IMG/VR virus record: IMGVR_UViG_3300025086_000013
Location: 1 to 64,000 of that record
Direction: 5' to 3' (one strand)
Source: a virus
Length of the DNA stretch: 64,000 nt
The position numbers and the translations under genes are program-made. The notes beneath the pieces were generated by a model, which was not told where the DNA came from, did no database searches, and saw nothing but the letters and a program-made list of their open reading frames with translations. Of this stretch, positions 17,045 to 27,455 are shown piece by piece. Position 1 is the stretch's first letter. Every line of letters starts with the position of its first letter.

Positions 17045-17638
17045 CTAATTGTATTTCATTTTAATAAAACCACCTCGTCTTAATGACTCAGCTTTTTCTT
17101 TAATTGCTCTTATATCTCCTGGTGACATCTTTCTATTATTAGGAGGATTCATTTCCATAGGAGTTAGTGGTCTGTTTCTTTCATTAATAACATCAAACGC
17201 TGATCCCCCCATTTGTCTAGGTGTATTTGCATTTGTCATATCTTTTTGTGGTTTTCTACCAGAATTAATAAGTTGTTGCTGTGCAGATTCTGCTGCTTGA
17301 ACTTCCATTTGCTTTTTTAATTCTATATTTTCTCTCATTGCTGCCTCAACAGTATTTATTAATGACTGTTGATCTTTCATGCCTTGCATATAAGTTTGTG
17401 CTTGACTTCTAGCTCTTTCATCTAACATTAGGTTTTGATTACCACCCAACATGCTATCTCTTTGCCAAAGAGCAAAATTATTTTGATCTTTCATAAGATC
17501 TTGTTTTGCTTTTCCTAAAGCATCTTGATTATATTGCTGCCTTGTCATTTTAGACATTTGCTTCTTAGGAGTTTTACCTCCTTCCTGAAACATACCCGGA
17601 ACCTTAGTTCCTTTTCTATTAAATACAGGTCTAGCCAT
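17045..17638 (-). CDS. Hypothetical protein with KVPGMFQEGG, RQMGG and LRRGG motifs
   Basis: N-terminus homologous to the internal PxYxxKGxxVPGM motif of the basic proteins at 8.9-13 kb. Confidence 0.75.
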   Translation of the reverse strand: MARPVFNRKGTKVPGMFQEGGKTPKKQMSKMTRQQYNQDALGKAKQDLMKDQNNFALWQRDSMLGGNQNLMLDERARSQAQTYMQGMKDQQSLINTVEAAMRENIELKKQMEVQAAESAQQQLINSGRKPQKDMTNANTPRQMGGSAFDVINERNRPLTPMEMNPPNNRKMSPGDIRAIKEKAESLRRGGFIKMKYN

Positions 17639-17946
17639 TATACTCTTTTTAATCTATCATTTTCAGCTTCAAGTGATTTAACTCTTTCACGCAGAGTAGC
17701 AACTTCAGCTGTTAATTCAATTACTTTATCTCGGAGATCATCTTTCTCTGCAGAACTTGCACCTAACAAGTCTTCTAATTTGCAAATTCTTCCTTCTAAA
17801 CTATTAACGTAAGCTCTTTCTTTTTCTTCAGCCATGGATTCTTTATTATAATTAATATTAAGTTTTGATCTATAATATCTCCACGCTTCTGTACTAAACA
17901 ATACTGTTAAGGCTGTAATTATAACTGTAAAGATGTACTCCTCCAT
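17638..17946 (-). CDS. N-terminal TM + coiled-coil protein (holin/spanin-like architecture)
   Basis: Hydrophobic N-terminus and long heptad repeat. Confidence 0.65.
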   Translation of the reverse strand: MEEYIFTVIITALTVLFSTEAWRYYRSKLNINYNKESMAEEKERAYVNSLEGRICKLEDLLGASSAEKDDLRDKVIELTAEVATLRERVKSLEAENDRLKRV

Positions 17947-17948
17947 AA

Positions 17949-17965
17949 TATAATATACTAAAAAA
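17949..17965 (-). promoter_or_regulatory. Candidate phage-specific promoter TTTTTTAGTATATTATA
   Basis: Recurrent intergenic motif. Confidence 0.55.
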
Positions 17966-17980
17966 TTACCATTTTTAAAA

Positions 17981-18934
17981 TTAACTTATGGTTATTCCAT
18001 ATTTATTTCCTAAATATACCTTTAAACCTGCTAATTCATCATCAGTTATATATCTATCATACATAATAGTTTCATATATTCCTCCTTGCCAACTAGTTTC
18101 CATAGTACCAGTAGCATAATTTCCACCTATACTTAAAAAAGAAGAACCACTTAAAGTAGTTGATAAACTACTTGGATTATTAAAAAGAATATCTCTATCA
18201 AAACCTGTATCTGTATCTGTTTGAACAACCCCATCTACCTGCATTGTCATATTGTTTGTTCCTGATGTGGCTCTAAACATCATTACATGAGGATTAGTAT
18301 CAAGAACGTCATTTTGTATAGTAGTTTCTAAATCTATTCCTCCTGATGGAATTATTGCTTGAAACATAGAATATTTGTCTGATGTGTTATTTTTAGTTAT
18401 ACGAACAATAGATGATTGTATATTATTATTTGTTTCATTACCGTTTAAATACAAAGAAACATCATGATTTACATCTATATCAGAATCATCATGTTTTAAA
18501 ACTTGTATTATTGTAAAATTATCTGATGTAAACTTTACATCAGAAAAATTATCATCAGCAACACCACCGTCAGTTCTAGCTGAAGTACCTATATTACCAC
18601 TTAAAAAACCTTTAGAATTATCTGTAGCATCATCTCCAAATTGAATATATGGTTGACCACCAGATCCACCGGTTTTAAAAGTTCCTCCATAAGAACTTCC
18701 TGCTACTGGTGAGCGTGCAAAAAATCCTAATACATCTCCATTTTCATTACCATTAGCTAGATTACGTGCCCATTCTACATGATCATTGTTAGCAGTAACT
18801 GCAACTGTACCATCTCTGTCTTGGCGTAAACTATTCATCCTTGTAAAGTCATACCACATAACTAATCCATGTATTGCACTAGGATCATTAATTAATGGAT
18901 TTTTAGAAAGACCAAGTCCTAAACCTATGTTCAT
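17981..18934 (-). CDS. LamG/concanavalin-A-like domain fibre or receptor-binding protein
   Basis: MxIGLGLGL start, 'LVMWYDF', 'WQGGIYETIMYDRYITDDE...YLGNKYGI' typical of phage LamG-type proteins. Confidence 0.65.
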   Translation of the reverse strand: MNIGLGLGLSKNPLINDPSAIHGLVMWYDFTRMNSLRQDRDGTVAVTANNDHVEWARNLANGNENGDVLGFFARSPVAGSSYGGTFKTGGSGGQPYIQFGDDATDNSKGFLSGNIGTSARTDGGVADDNFSDVKFTSDNFTIIQVLKHDDSDIDVNHDVSLYLNGNETNNNIQSSIVRITKNNTSDKYSMFQAIIPSGGIDLETTIQNDVLDTNPHVMMFRATSGTNNMTMQVDGVVQTDTDTGFDRDILFNNPSSLSTTLSGSSFLSIGGNYATGTMETSWQGGIYETIMYDRYITDDELAGLKVYLGNKYGITIS

Positions 18935-18936
18935 AT

Positions 18937-19242
18937 TTAAGATTTTTTATATGCTATACATGATCCACTATCTAAACTTATTTTTGTAAAGTCGCCATAT
19001 ATAATTGCTCCATTTGGAATTACAAAATCAGCATCAAAGTCTACCATTCCACCACCAAAAGTACAATCACTTACATCTAGCTTGCAAGAATTAATACCTT
19101 GTATTGCATAAAAACCTTCAGTATGTGCACTATTTGAGGTGTCATCTATAAACTTAGCACCAGATTTTCCAAACTCTTGGATTGATTCACCTCTAATTAA
19201 GTTTATTAATTGATTACCTTGTTTATCTGTAAAATTTGCCAT
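18937..19242 (-). CDS. Small putative structural protein (MANFTDKQGNQL...)
   Basis: Likely start at 19242; 'IPNGAIIYGDFTKISLDSGSCIAY' C-terminus; the 5' extension in the ORF track runs through promoter DNA. Confidence 0.7.
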   Translation of the reverse strand: MANFTDKQGNQLINLIRGESIQEFGKSGAKFIDDTSNSAHTEGFYAIQGINSCKLDVSDCTFGGGMVDFDADFVIPNGAIIYGDFTKISLDSGSCIAYKKS

Positions 19243-19252
19243 AACATTTTTT

Positions 19253-19264
19253 TTATTATATTTG
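19253..19264 (+). promoter_or_regulatory. Bacteroidota sigma70-type -7 element (TTATTATATTTG) driving the nrdJ island
   Basis: Identical to 3574 and 6048 motifs. Confidence 0.6.
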
Positions 19265-19272
19265 TATACTAT

Positions 19273-19291
19273 AATAATATACAAAAAAAAA
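19273..19291 (-). promoter_or_regulatory. Candidate phage-specific promoter TTTTTTTTTGTATATTATT
   Basis: Recurrent motif; located at the head of the leftward 19.2-8.7 kb gene run. Confidence 0.6.
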
Positions 19292-19298
19292 CAACAAT

Positions 19299-19472
19299 AT
19301 GAAAAGATATGAACTAGGTTTTGAACCATTACCACATAGCCCTCTTATTGGACTGCATATTCAACAATGTGAAATACAAATAGAAGATGAAGAATGGAAT
19401 CCAGCAATAAAAATTGAGTTAGGTTTTTTATTTTTTATAATTAACTTTACATATATTAATTTTAACTCATAA
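19299..19472 (+). CDS. Small hypothetical protein (57 aa, MKRYELGFEPLPHSPLIG...), not in ORF track
   Basis: ATG 19299-TAA 19472 downstream of the TATATTTG promoter. Confidence 0.6.
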   Translation: MKRYELGFEPLPHSPLIGLHIQQCEIQIEDEEWNPAIKIELGFLFFIINFTYINFNS

Positions 19473-19542
19473 TTTTTAACTATATTATTATTACCTGTTT
19501 ATCTCAGGAAACTACATTTATTAACTATTAAATAACAAAAGC

Positions 19543-21402
19543 ATGGAATTAAATAACAAAATTCTTAGTGATATTACTGTCCATATGAAATATGCACGGT
19601 ATAATGCAGAATTAAAAAGAAGAGAGACCTGGAAAGAATTGGTCACTAGAAATATGGAAATGCACATAAAGACATATCCAAAACTTATGAATGAAATTAT
19701 AACTGCATATCGTCATGTAGAAGACAAAAAAGTATTACCATCTATGAGGTCAATGCAGTTTGGTGGTAAACCAATTGAGATTAGTCCCAATAGAATATAT
19801 AACTGTGCATACCTTCCTATAGATCATATAGATGCTTTTAGTGAAACCATGTTTTTATTACTTGGCGGAACTGGTGTTGGTTACTCTGTACAAAGACATC
19901 ATGTTGATAAACTTCCATTAATTAATAAACCATATGTAAAAAGAACTAGACGTTATTTAATTAGTGACTCTATTGAGGGGTGGGCAGATGCCATTAAGAT
20001 GTTAATGAAATCTTATTTAAATGGTAAAAGTTCACGTATAGTATTTGACTATTCAGATATTAGACCTAAAGGTGCAAGGTTAGTTACATCAGGAGGTAAA
20101 GCCCCTGGACCACAACCATTAAAAGAATGTATACTTAAAATTACAGGCATACTAGATAACAAAGAAGATGGAGATGCATTGTCTACATTAGAAACGCATG
20201 ATATTGTCTGTCACATTGCGGATGCTGTATTAGCTGGTGGTATTAGACGTGCTGCATTAATTAGTTTATTTAGTGCTGCTGATGATGAAATGATATCTTG
20301 TAAAGCTGGTGCTTGGTGGGAACTTAATCCACAACGTGGTAGAGCTAACAACTCTGCTGTTCTTATGAGACATAAGATAACTAAGTCTTTCTTTATGGAT
20401 CTATGGAAAAGGGTAGAGCTAAGCAAAGCCGGTGAACCTGGTATATACTTTAACAATGACAAAGACTGGGGAACTAATCCTTGTTGTGAGATTGCCTTAC
20501 GTCCTTTTCAGTTTTGCAATCTTTGTGAAGTCAATGTAAGTAACGTTGAGTCCCAAAAAGATTTAGAGTCAAGAGTTAAAGCTGCTGCATTTATAGGAAC
20601 ACTTCAAGCAGGATACACTAACTTCCACTATCTCAGACCAGTATGGCAAGAGACTACAGAAAAAGATGCATTAATTGGTGTGTCTATGACTGGTATAGGA
20701 TCTGGTAGAATACTGGGTTATGATATGGAAGCAGCAGCTTCTGTGGTAAAGAAAGAGAATGCAAGAGTGGCTAAGTTAATTGGAATTAAGAAGGCAGCTA
20801 GATGCACAACAGTAAAACCTGCTGGTACAACATCATTAACATTAGGAACTAGTTCTGGCATTCATGCATGGCATAATGACTACTATGTAAGAAGAATACG
20901 TGTAGGTAAGAATGAAGCTATATATGGATATCTTGCTAAGAATCATCCTGATCTAGTAGAAGATTGTGTTTTCCGTGCTCATGATACTGCCGTAATAAGT
21001 ATACCACAAAAAGCCCCGGAAGGCTCTATCTTAAGAACTGAATCTGCTTTTCAACTATTAGAAAGAGTAAAGAGAGTAGCAACTGAGTGGGTAAAGACTG
21101 GGCATAGAACCGGGTCTAATACTCATAATGTTTCTGCTACAATTAGTTTAAAAGATGAAGACTGGGATCTAGCTGGTGACTGGATGTGGAAAAACAGAGA
21201 TCACTATAATGGTCTAGCTGTTCTTCCATATGATGGTGGTACATATACTCAAGCTCCGTTTGAAGATATTGATGAAGAGAAGTTTAATCAAATGGCCAAG
21301 TCACTAATGGATATTGATCTGTCTAAAATTGTTGAACAAGATGATGAAACTAATTTAACAGGAGAACTAGCATGTGCTGGTGGTGCTTGTGAAGTCAAGT
21401 AA
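19543..21402 (+). CDS. nrdJ: Class II (adenosylcobalamin-dependent) ribonucleotide reductase, monomeric RTPR-like
   Basis: 'RRETW.E.V.R', 'LPSMR', 'YNC', 'GGIRRAA', 'TNPCCEI', 'TTVKPAGT', C-terminal 'CAGGAC'; no beta-subunit gene nearby. Confidence 0.9.
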   Translation: MELNNKILSDITVHMKYARYNAELKRRETWKELVTRNMEMHIKTYPKLMNEIITAYRHVEDKKVLPSMRSMQFGGKPIEISPNRIYNCAYLPIDHIDAFSETMFLLLGGTGVGYSVQRHHVDKLPLINKPYVKRTRRYLISDSIEGWADAIKMLMKSYLNGKSSRIVFDYSDIRPKGARLVTSGGKAPGPQPLKECILKITGILDNKEDGDALSTLETHDIVCHIADAVLAGGIRRAALISLFSAADDEMISCKAGAWWELNPQRGRANNSAVLMRHKITKSFFMDLWKRVELSKAGEPGIYFNNDKDWGTNPCCEIALRPFQFCNLCEVNVSNVESQKDLESRVKAAAFIGTLQAGYTNFHYLRPVWQETTEKDALIGVSMTGIGSGRILGYDMEAAASVVKKENARVAKLIGIKKAARCTTVKPAGTTSLTLGTSSGIHAWHNDYYVRRIRVGKNEAIYGYLAKNHPDLVEDCVFRAHDTAVISIPQKAPEGSILRTESAFQLLERVKRVATEWVKTGHRTGSNTHNVSATISLKDEDWDLAGDWMWKNRDHYNGLAVLPYDGGTYTQAPFEDIDEEKFNQMAKSLMDIDLSKIVEQDDETNLTGELACAGGACEVK

Positions 21403-21538
21403 GTATTATTATTTTGAAAAAGGCAAGATGGTTATGACTGCAGCATACCACCGTAAAAGGGGGTATTGCTGCGGTAATGGCTGTAGACATTGTCCTTTTA
21501 AACAAAAGGAACACCAGGATCAACGCCCACGGCCTTAA
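21389..21538 (+). CDS. DUF5522-like cysteine-rich small protein, not in ORF track
   Basis: GTG start overlapping the nrdJ end; 'YYFEKGKMVMTAAYHRKRGYCCGNGCRHCPF'. Confidence 0.75.
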   Translation: MKSSKYYYFEKGKMVMTAAYHRKRGYCCGNGCRHCPFKQKEHQDQRPRP

Positions 21539-21667
21539 GGTCTTCAAAAGTTCCAATAACATAATAGTCATTATCAGATATATATAAATCAAGAATAGTA
21601 CCAAAGTCTCTTTTAAGCTCTTCATACTTATCTTTATCTATCTTTATTATTTTTTTATGTACTGGCA

Positions 21668-24600
21668 TTACTTAATGTGGAAATTTTTAATTGTATCATA
21701 TGACCACCATCTATTTAGTGCATATAAACCAGGAGCTACATCTCTTAATTCTTTGTTTAACTTTAATGAACCTTTTTTATCTCCTCTTTGATATGTTACA
21801 CGTGAGTCTAAATAAAACTCATCTTCATCTTTTACTATATATAAATAAGGTGTTTGTACCATACTAACTAAGGCGTCATTCATTTCACCAAGCATTCTAA
21901 TAGAACTAATAGGGTTTTTCATCATGTTGTATGCTTCATACCATCCTACTACAGGCATAAATTGAATCATTTCTCTACGTTGTCTGTCTAATTGAAATAA
22001 TAAAGCATTCTCTGCTCTTTTTCTAGCAACTGATTTATCCTCATCTTCATCATCAAATAAACTTGAAACTATAACTTTTAACATAAATGTTGCCATGATA
22101 AGAGTAAGTTCTGCTGTAGTTCTATAAATATTTTCCATTTTCATTTTAGCCTTATCAGGATCTTGTGATTCTTTCCATTCTGTAGCTGCTTTTCTTGCAC
22201 TTAAAAGATTCTTTGCAACATGTCCTGCAAAACTTACAAAAGTTTTATATCTTCCCTCAACCCATCCTAGGTTTTCATCAAAATATTCTTCTCTATATCT
22301 AGCTTTAATTGCTGGTGCAATCCACTTATGAAACTGTGCAGCCAAATGACCTAATGAATGAGATTGCATAACCATCCTATCTTGATATGCATAGTTACCA
22401 TGAATTTGTTTATTTACTTCTCTAATATAATTTCTTGTATCATATCTGGCATTTTCATCCCATTTAGTTTCTTTTCCTGATTGATAATTAATTAAAGTAT
22501 CATAACCATCTTTCATAGTAAGTTCACCTGTTTGTTGATTATATTGATAGGCATCAAATAAAGATATTACATCATTTGTTTTACTATTTTTTATTTTAGT
22601 TGACATTAATGTAGCCATACCAACTTTAGTTTGTACATTATATTCAGCAGCATCCTGTAACATATAACCCCAACCCATTGCTCTTCTAATTGTACTTTCT
22701 TTTTTAGATCCAAGTTGATTTTGCTCTCGTATATCTGCTTTATCATCCATCATTCTAAACAAATCTACAAGTGCTTCATATTTACTCCCCGGTCTATATT
22801 TATCATATTGACTAGGTCCTAGCCCTGTAACATCTCCTACAAATGTTTGACCATAGGCAATCCTTTTAAAGAAATCAGGAATCATTCTTTTGTTAAATTC
22901 AACTGTAGCTCTAACACCTGCTTTTCTATCATAGTATCTACCTCCCATTGTTTCAACAAAATTATTTAATCTACCTATAGCGTAGTTATTAATATTACCA
23001 AAAGGGTTCATACCTACATAGGTAAGAGATGTATAACTAATTAAACCTTTGGTAACTTTATCAAAAAATCCTTGAGTTTCTTCATCATTATCATAATAAA
23101 CCATCTTCATCCACTTCTTAGCTCTTCTAACTATTAAAGGGTCTTCTAATGCTGTTTTAGATTTAATACCAACCTTCTTTAATTTTCCTTTAACAAAAGT
23201 AGTAATCTTACTTCCATCTGATGGAGAATATTCTCTTTTCTCAAGAACCTTAACCATTGCACTTAAAGTATCTTCAATACCATTCATAATCTCATAGTGT
23301 TCAGCCATTGAACTAAACTTTATAAGATTGTCTGCCATGTCTGTACTAATTTCATTAAGAGCTGGTCTTGATTGTATTTTGTTTCTTTTTCTTTTTAAGT
23401 CTTCAGTTTTTTCATTAAACTCTCCCTCGGTTATTTCTTTAGCTTTACGTTTAGCAATTAAAGAATTTATTTCATTATCAATATTTTGTAATGTTTCTTC
23501 ATTTTTAGGATTACCAACATAATATATAGGAAGGGTATTTGTAAACTGTCCATTCTCATCTGTTAATACAACTTTAGTTTTATAAGTTTTAGTAAAGAAA
23601 TAGTTATATGTATTCTTTGGAATTGAAATAACTTTAGACCAAAGTGACCCAATTATATTAGGTGCATTTTTTACCTTACGTAAACTAGTCTCTTTTATTA
23701 AAGGTATTCTACCTACCATTTGATGATTAACATGCATAGGTAATTTCTTTAATAAGTCATTCTCAAACATTTCAACATACATTTCATAGAACTCTTTTTG
23801 AGCTTGAGCTAATGCATTACCTGCTGGAGGATTCATTAATTTTTTATATTTTGCAGATCTCATATCTTTACCTTCAGAAGATATTTGTCTTTTTTCTACA
23901 TACTCTGGTTTTACAAATGGGTCTGTCATTAATTTAACATGACCATTCATTTCATCACGGGTATAAGAAGCTTTGTAATATTCTTTTGTTTCATAGTATT
24001 TAGTTTGAAAAGATGCAAAATCAATATCATTAACTTTTGCTTTCTTTCTCCATTTACCTTTTCTAAATACCATATATTTAGATCTTTCTGTTAAAAATTC
24101 TTTTGTATACTTATGATACTTACCATCATATCTAACATCATTTAAAACTCTTTCAGCTTTAGCAAAGTCACCAAATGCTTTTCTAGCAGCATGTAATTTT
24201 TTATTATGATCTATTTCTGTTTTTGTAAGATCAGATAAATTATCTTTTACTACATACTCTAATGGATTTCCATCTTCATCTCTTAATGCATCAGATAATG
24301 CTTTTCTCATTTTATAATATTCTTGACCAATAGCTTTAACATAGTGTCCTGTTGGTAAACCATTATCATCAAGAACAAGCATGAAATCATAATTATTACC
24401 TCCTAATTTTTCTATCTTTTTTGCTAATTTTCTTACTGTAGCATTTCTCATTTCAATCTTATCAAGCACTTCTTGAACTTTACGTTTATATAATTTATCC
24501 ATTAATGCTAATATAGTATCTCTAGATGTAGCCATGTCTCCAGTTTGATACTCTAATAAACCAATATCTTTAGCTGTAAGAAGCAAGTTCTCTAATTCTG

Positions 24601-27421
24601 CTTCTGAAAAATCTCTTGATGAATAATTATTAATAAATGTTTTAACATAGTTGTCTATAGCGTCATTTATAATTCCTTCTTTTCCTTCTTTTATATTACC
24701 TAATCCATCATATTCACCATTAACTTCATTAAGTTTTTCTATTAACTTTAATATTAAACTTTTTTGCTTAGACTTAAGACCCGCTATATTTTTAATACTT
24801 GTCAAACCTTCATAAGTACTTATCATTTTTTGAAAGTTTAGAATAACAGATATATATTCTTCAGAGTTCCAGTTGTCTTCGTTATGTGCATACTCTATAA
24901 ACTCATCCATAGTTTCAATTGCTTGCTCAAGTAATTTACTATATGCCGGACTGATCTCACCTTTAACTATTGCAGCATTAATCATAGATGATGTTCTCTG
25001 TATTTCAGAGATCATGTCCTGTTTACTTCTTATAAGCTTTGTGCTATCTGTTAATTTTGAAATTGCTTTATCTCTAGCAATTAATGCAACATCATAATTC
25101 ATCATTACTTCAAGCACAGATTGTTCTGTTTCGTGTGCTAATGCTTGTTCTTCTGCCTGAGCTTCATCATCATTTAATTCTGTAGGATTTACATTAGCTC
25201 TTTTAAACGCGTCATCTAATTTTTGTTCAGCATAAGGATCAATAAAAGGCGTTACAATTTGTTCTAAAGCATAGGTACCATTATCAAGTTTTACATCTTG
25301 TGATGGAGCATGATTTATTTCATCTTCTAATACAAAGTCTTGTAAAAATTTTTGATTTTTACCTTCACCTTTCATACGTACATTCACATGTAATGTAGTT
25401 GCTTGATCAACACTAAAACCCATATTTTGTAGTATTGTTCTATATGAATTAACCTGAAGGTTTTGCAATTGTCTCTTAGAAAATTTTTGCTGATCTTCAT
25501 GTTTTAAAGCAGGATTATAAAACATACTACCATATGTTACAGGATATTTTACATCTTGTTTTAATTGCACACCTTTACTATGCATTTCATATATAGAATT
25601 TTTACTTGTTTTTAAATCTATAATATCCATTGACCCATCTTTATTAACCATTAATAAATCAATAGATCCTGCTGTTTCTGACACAGCATCTGCAATAACA
25701 ACTTGAGGAATTAAAAGACCTGATCTAGATATACCTTTAAGTCTATTTGTAATATCATTATAAAATCTTCTAGCAGTTTCTGGAGTTAAAATTTTTAAAT
25801 CTAAAGTACTTATGTCTTCACCTAAAGCATATGCCTCAACTATAGAATCCATTTCATTTCCAAGTTCTACATTTAGCTGAAAGTCTTTTTCAGGAACATA
25901 TATTTCTGTTAAAGCATCTCCTGCAGAATCTTCTAGTTTTCTTAAATTAGTACCTATAGGATTTAATTTTTCAAGTTCTTCTTTACTAGTATCATATTTT
26001 TTTAATACATCATTTAATTTTTCACCTTTTTTAAGTTGATGACTCTTAGACATATAGCCACCTGCCTTTGTAGTTACACCATTATATTCTTCTAATGTTT
26101 CTATATTAATATATTTGTGATCTGTTTTATTTAATATAACTAATGGATGATTTTGACTACCTGTTATACCAACAGTAAAGTCTCCATATTGTTTTGCTCT
26201 ATCTGCTATAGAAGCATGAAACAATTGTTCAAGTACAATTTTTTGTTGTGGAGATTGAGCCTGTCCTTTTAGCTCTTCATAAACAGCCTTTTTCTGTTTA
26301 GTCATACTATAATAAATACCTGTGTCTCTTTTAATTGCTTTTTCAAGATTAAAGCTTAAACCTCCTGTATTAAGTAGTTTAGCAATATCTGACATGTTAG
26401 TACCAGTACGTATCATTCCGGGAGATAGCTTTAAAGATTCACCTGTAACGTATGCGTTTAGATCCTTAATTATATCCAGTAACCATTGTAAAATTTGTTT
26501 AACTTTATATCTCCAATCCATAGTTGGTTGGGTTTCATACTCTTTTTTAAAGTGTCTAGATAAAGATTGAGTCACAAGTTCTTTGTCTCTATATGTTTGA
26601 TCAAAACCATCTTTATCTCTGTATGCTCTATCAATCTCCTGTCTTAGTGTTGGAAATGTTTTTCTTGCTTCCTTAACTAATCCAGGAAATAAATTAATAC
26701 CATCTGCCTCAAGAGCATTAATAAAAGGATGTAAGACTTCTTCAATTGCTGTTTCTGAAGTTACACGTCCTTTAATTAAAACGGCATAACCTAATGAATA
26801 AAAACTTTTTATATTTTTAAAGTCTTGTTTTTTTTCTGTTCCATATTTAAATTGTGGTAATGCATCATATGCTTGCTTAGCTTGTGTTTCATCAAGAACT
26901 CTAATTTTTACATCAGGAAATAATCTTGTTAAGTGAGAAATAATATCTGCAGTATGAACTGTATCTTCAGAAGGTAAAATATTATCTTTAGTTTTTAATT
27001 TTGTGTGATCAATAGAAATCCTAAATGCTTTAGTAGTTTCTTCCATTATAACTGCATCTGGAGTTATTCCCCATACTTCTAATAATCTTTCTATTTTCTT
27101 TTTATTTAAAGCTAATGTAGCTGGATCAGAAACTGTAGATCCTTGAGGTGTATTATTAACATAAAACTTACCATGTAATCTACTAATAAGTTTTTTATCT
27201 CTTAAGTTTTCTAATATAGTTTCTGCTAGAACTCTACCTTGTATACTATTAAAAGCATTTTGTTTTTGTAAAAACGCTTCTGCTTGTGTTATTGTTGGTA
27301 TAAGATCTGAGTTGTTTACTTTTTGCCAACCGTTGATAATACTATCTACTACAATTGGTTTTTCAAATTTTGCTTCTAAGGCTTGATACTCTGCGGTATT
27401 CTTATTAAAACATGTGGCCAT
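21668..27421 (-). CDS. Large virion cargo protein (1917 aa) with LysM-like and PD-(D/E)XK-like domains
   Basis: Adjacent to the virion RNAP as in crAss-like phages; 'HQLKKGEKLNDVLKKYDTSKEELEKLNP', 'AGSIDLL...IIDLKTS...QVNSY', 'EEVLHPF'. Confidence 0.75.
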   Translation of the reverse strand: MATCFNKNTAEYQALEAKFEKPIVVDSIINGWQKVNNSDLIPTITQAEAFLQKQNAFNSIQGRVLAETILENLRDKKLISRLHGKFYVNNTPQGSTVSDPATLALNKKKIERLLEVWGITPDAVIMEETTKAFRISIDHTKLKTKDNILPSEDTVHTADIISHLTRLFPDVKIRVLDETQAKQAYDALPQFKYGTEKKQDFKNIKSFYSLGYAVLIKGRVTSETAIEEVLHPFINALEADGINLFPGLVKEARKTFPTLRQEIDRAYRDKDGFDQTYRDKELVTQSLSRHFKKEYETQPTMDWRYKVKQILQWLLDIIKDLNAYVTGESLKLSPGMIRTGTNMSDIAKLLNTGGLSFNLEKAIKRDTGIYYSMTKQKKAVYEELKGQAQSPQQKIVLEQLFHASIADRAKQYGDFTVGITGSQNHPLVILNKTDHKYINIETLEEYNGVTTKAGGYMSKSHQLKKGEKLNDVLKKYDTSKEELEKLNPIGTNLRKLEDSAGDALTEIYVPEKDFQLNVELGNEMDSIVEAYALGEDISTLDLKILTPETARRFYNDITNRLKGISRSGLLIPQVVIADAVSETAGSIDLLMVNKDGSMDIIDLKTSKNSIYEMHSKGVQLKQDVKYPVTYGSMFYNPALKHEDQQKFSKRQLQNLQVNSYRTILQNMGFSVDQATTLHVNVRMKGEGKNQKFLQDFVLEDEINHAPSQDVKLDNGTYALEQIVTPFIDPYAEQKLDDAFKRANVNPTELNDDEAQAEEQALAHETEQSVLEVMMNYDVALIARDKAISKLTDSTKLIRSKQDMISEIQRTSSMINAAIVKGEISPAYSKLLEQAIETMDEFIEYAHNEDNWNSEEYISVILNFQKMISTYEGLTSIKNIAGLKSKQKSLILKLIEKLNEVNGEYDGLGNIKEGKEGIINDAIDNYVKTFINNYSSRDFSEAELENLLLTAKDIGLLEYQTGDMATSRDTILALMDKLYKRKVQEVLDKIEMRNATVRKLAKKIEKLGGNNYDFMLVLDDNGLPTGHYVKAIGQEYYKMRKALSDALRDEDGNPLEYVVKDNLSDLTKTEIDHNKKLHAARKAFGDFAKAERVLNDVRYDGKYHKYTKEFLTERSKYMVFRKGKWRKKAKVNDIDFASFQTKYYETKEYYKASYTRDEMNGHVKLMTDPFVKPEYVEKRQISSEGKDMRSAKYKKLMNPPAGNALAQAQKEFYEMYVEMFENDLLKKLPMHVNHQMVGRIPLIKETSLRKVKNAPNIIGSLWSKVISIPKNTYNYFFTKTYKTKVVLTDENGQFTNTLPIYYVGNPKNEETLQNIDNEINSLIAKRKAKEITEGEFNEKTEDLKRKRNKIQSRPALNEISTDMADNLIKFSSMAEHYEIMNGIEDTLSAMVKVLEKREYSPSDGSKITTFVKGKLKKVGIKSKTALEDPLIVRRAKKWMKMVYYDNDEETQGFFDKVTKGLISYTSLTYVGMNPFGNINNYAIGRLNNFVETMGGRYYDRKAGVRATVEFNKRMIPDFFKRIAYGQTFVGDVTGLGPSQYDKYRPGSKYEALVDLFRMMDDKADIREQNQLGSKKESTIRRAMGWGYMLQDAAEYNVQTKVGMATLMSTKIKNSKTNDVISLFDAYQYNQQTGELTMKDGYDTLINYQSGKETKWDENARYDTRNYIREVNKQIHGNYAYQDRMVMQSHSLGHLAAQFHKWIAPAIKARYREEYFDENLGWVEGRYKTFVSFAGHVAKNLLSARKAATEWKESQDPDKAKMKMENIYRTTAELTLIMATFMLKVIVSSLFDDEDEDKSVARKRAENALLFQLDRQRREMIQFMPVVGWYEAYNMMKNPISSIRMLGEMNDALVSMVQTPYLYIVKDEDEFYLDSRVTYQRGDKKGSLKLNKELRDVAPGLYALNRWWSYDTIKNFHIK

Positions 27422-27455
27422 TTTTTTATGGAATTAAATTAATAAATTATTAAAA

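Noticed and set aside
2382-20462. Short antisense or alternate-frame ORFs in the left third (2382, 5953, 7583, 7896, 9086, 12198, 12244, 12640, 13354, 15263, 15510, 16498, 17049, 17525, 18786, 20211)
   Set aside because: Fully or largely overlap better-supported genes; no motifs.
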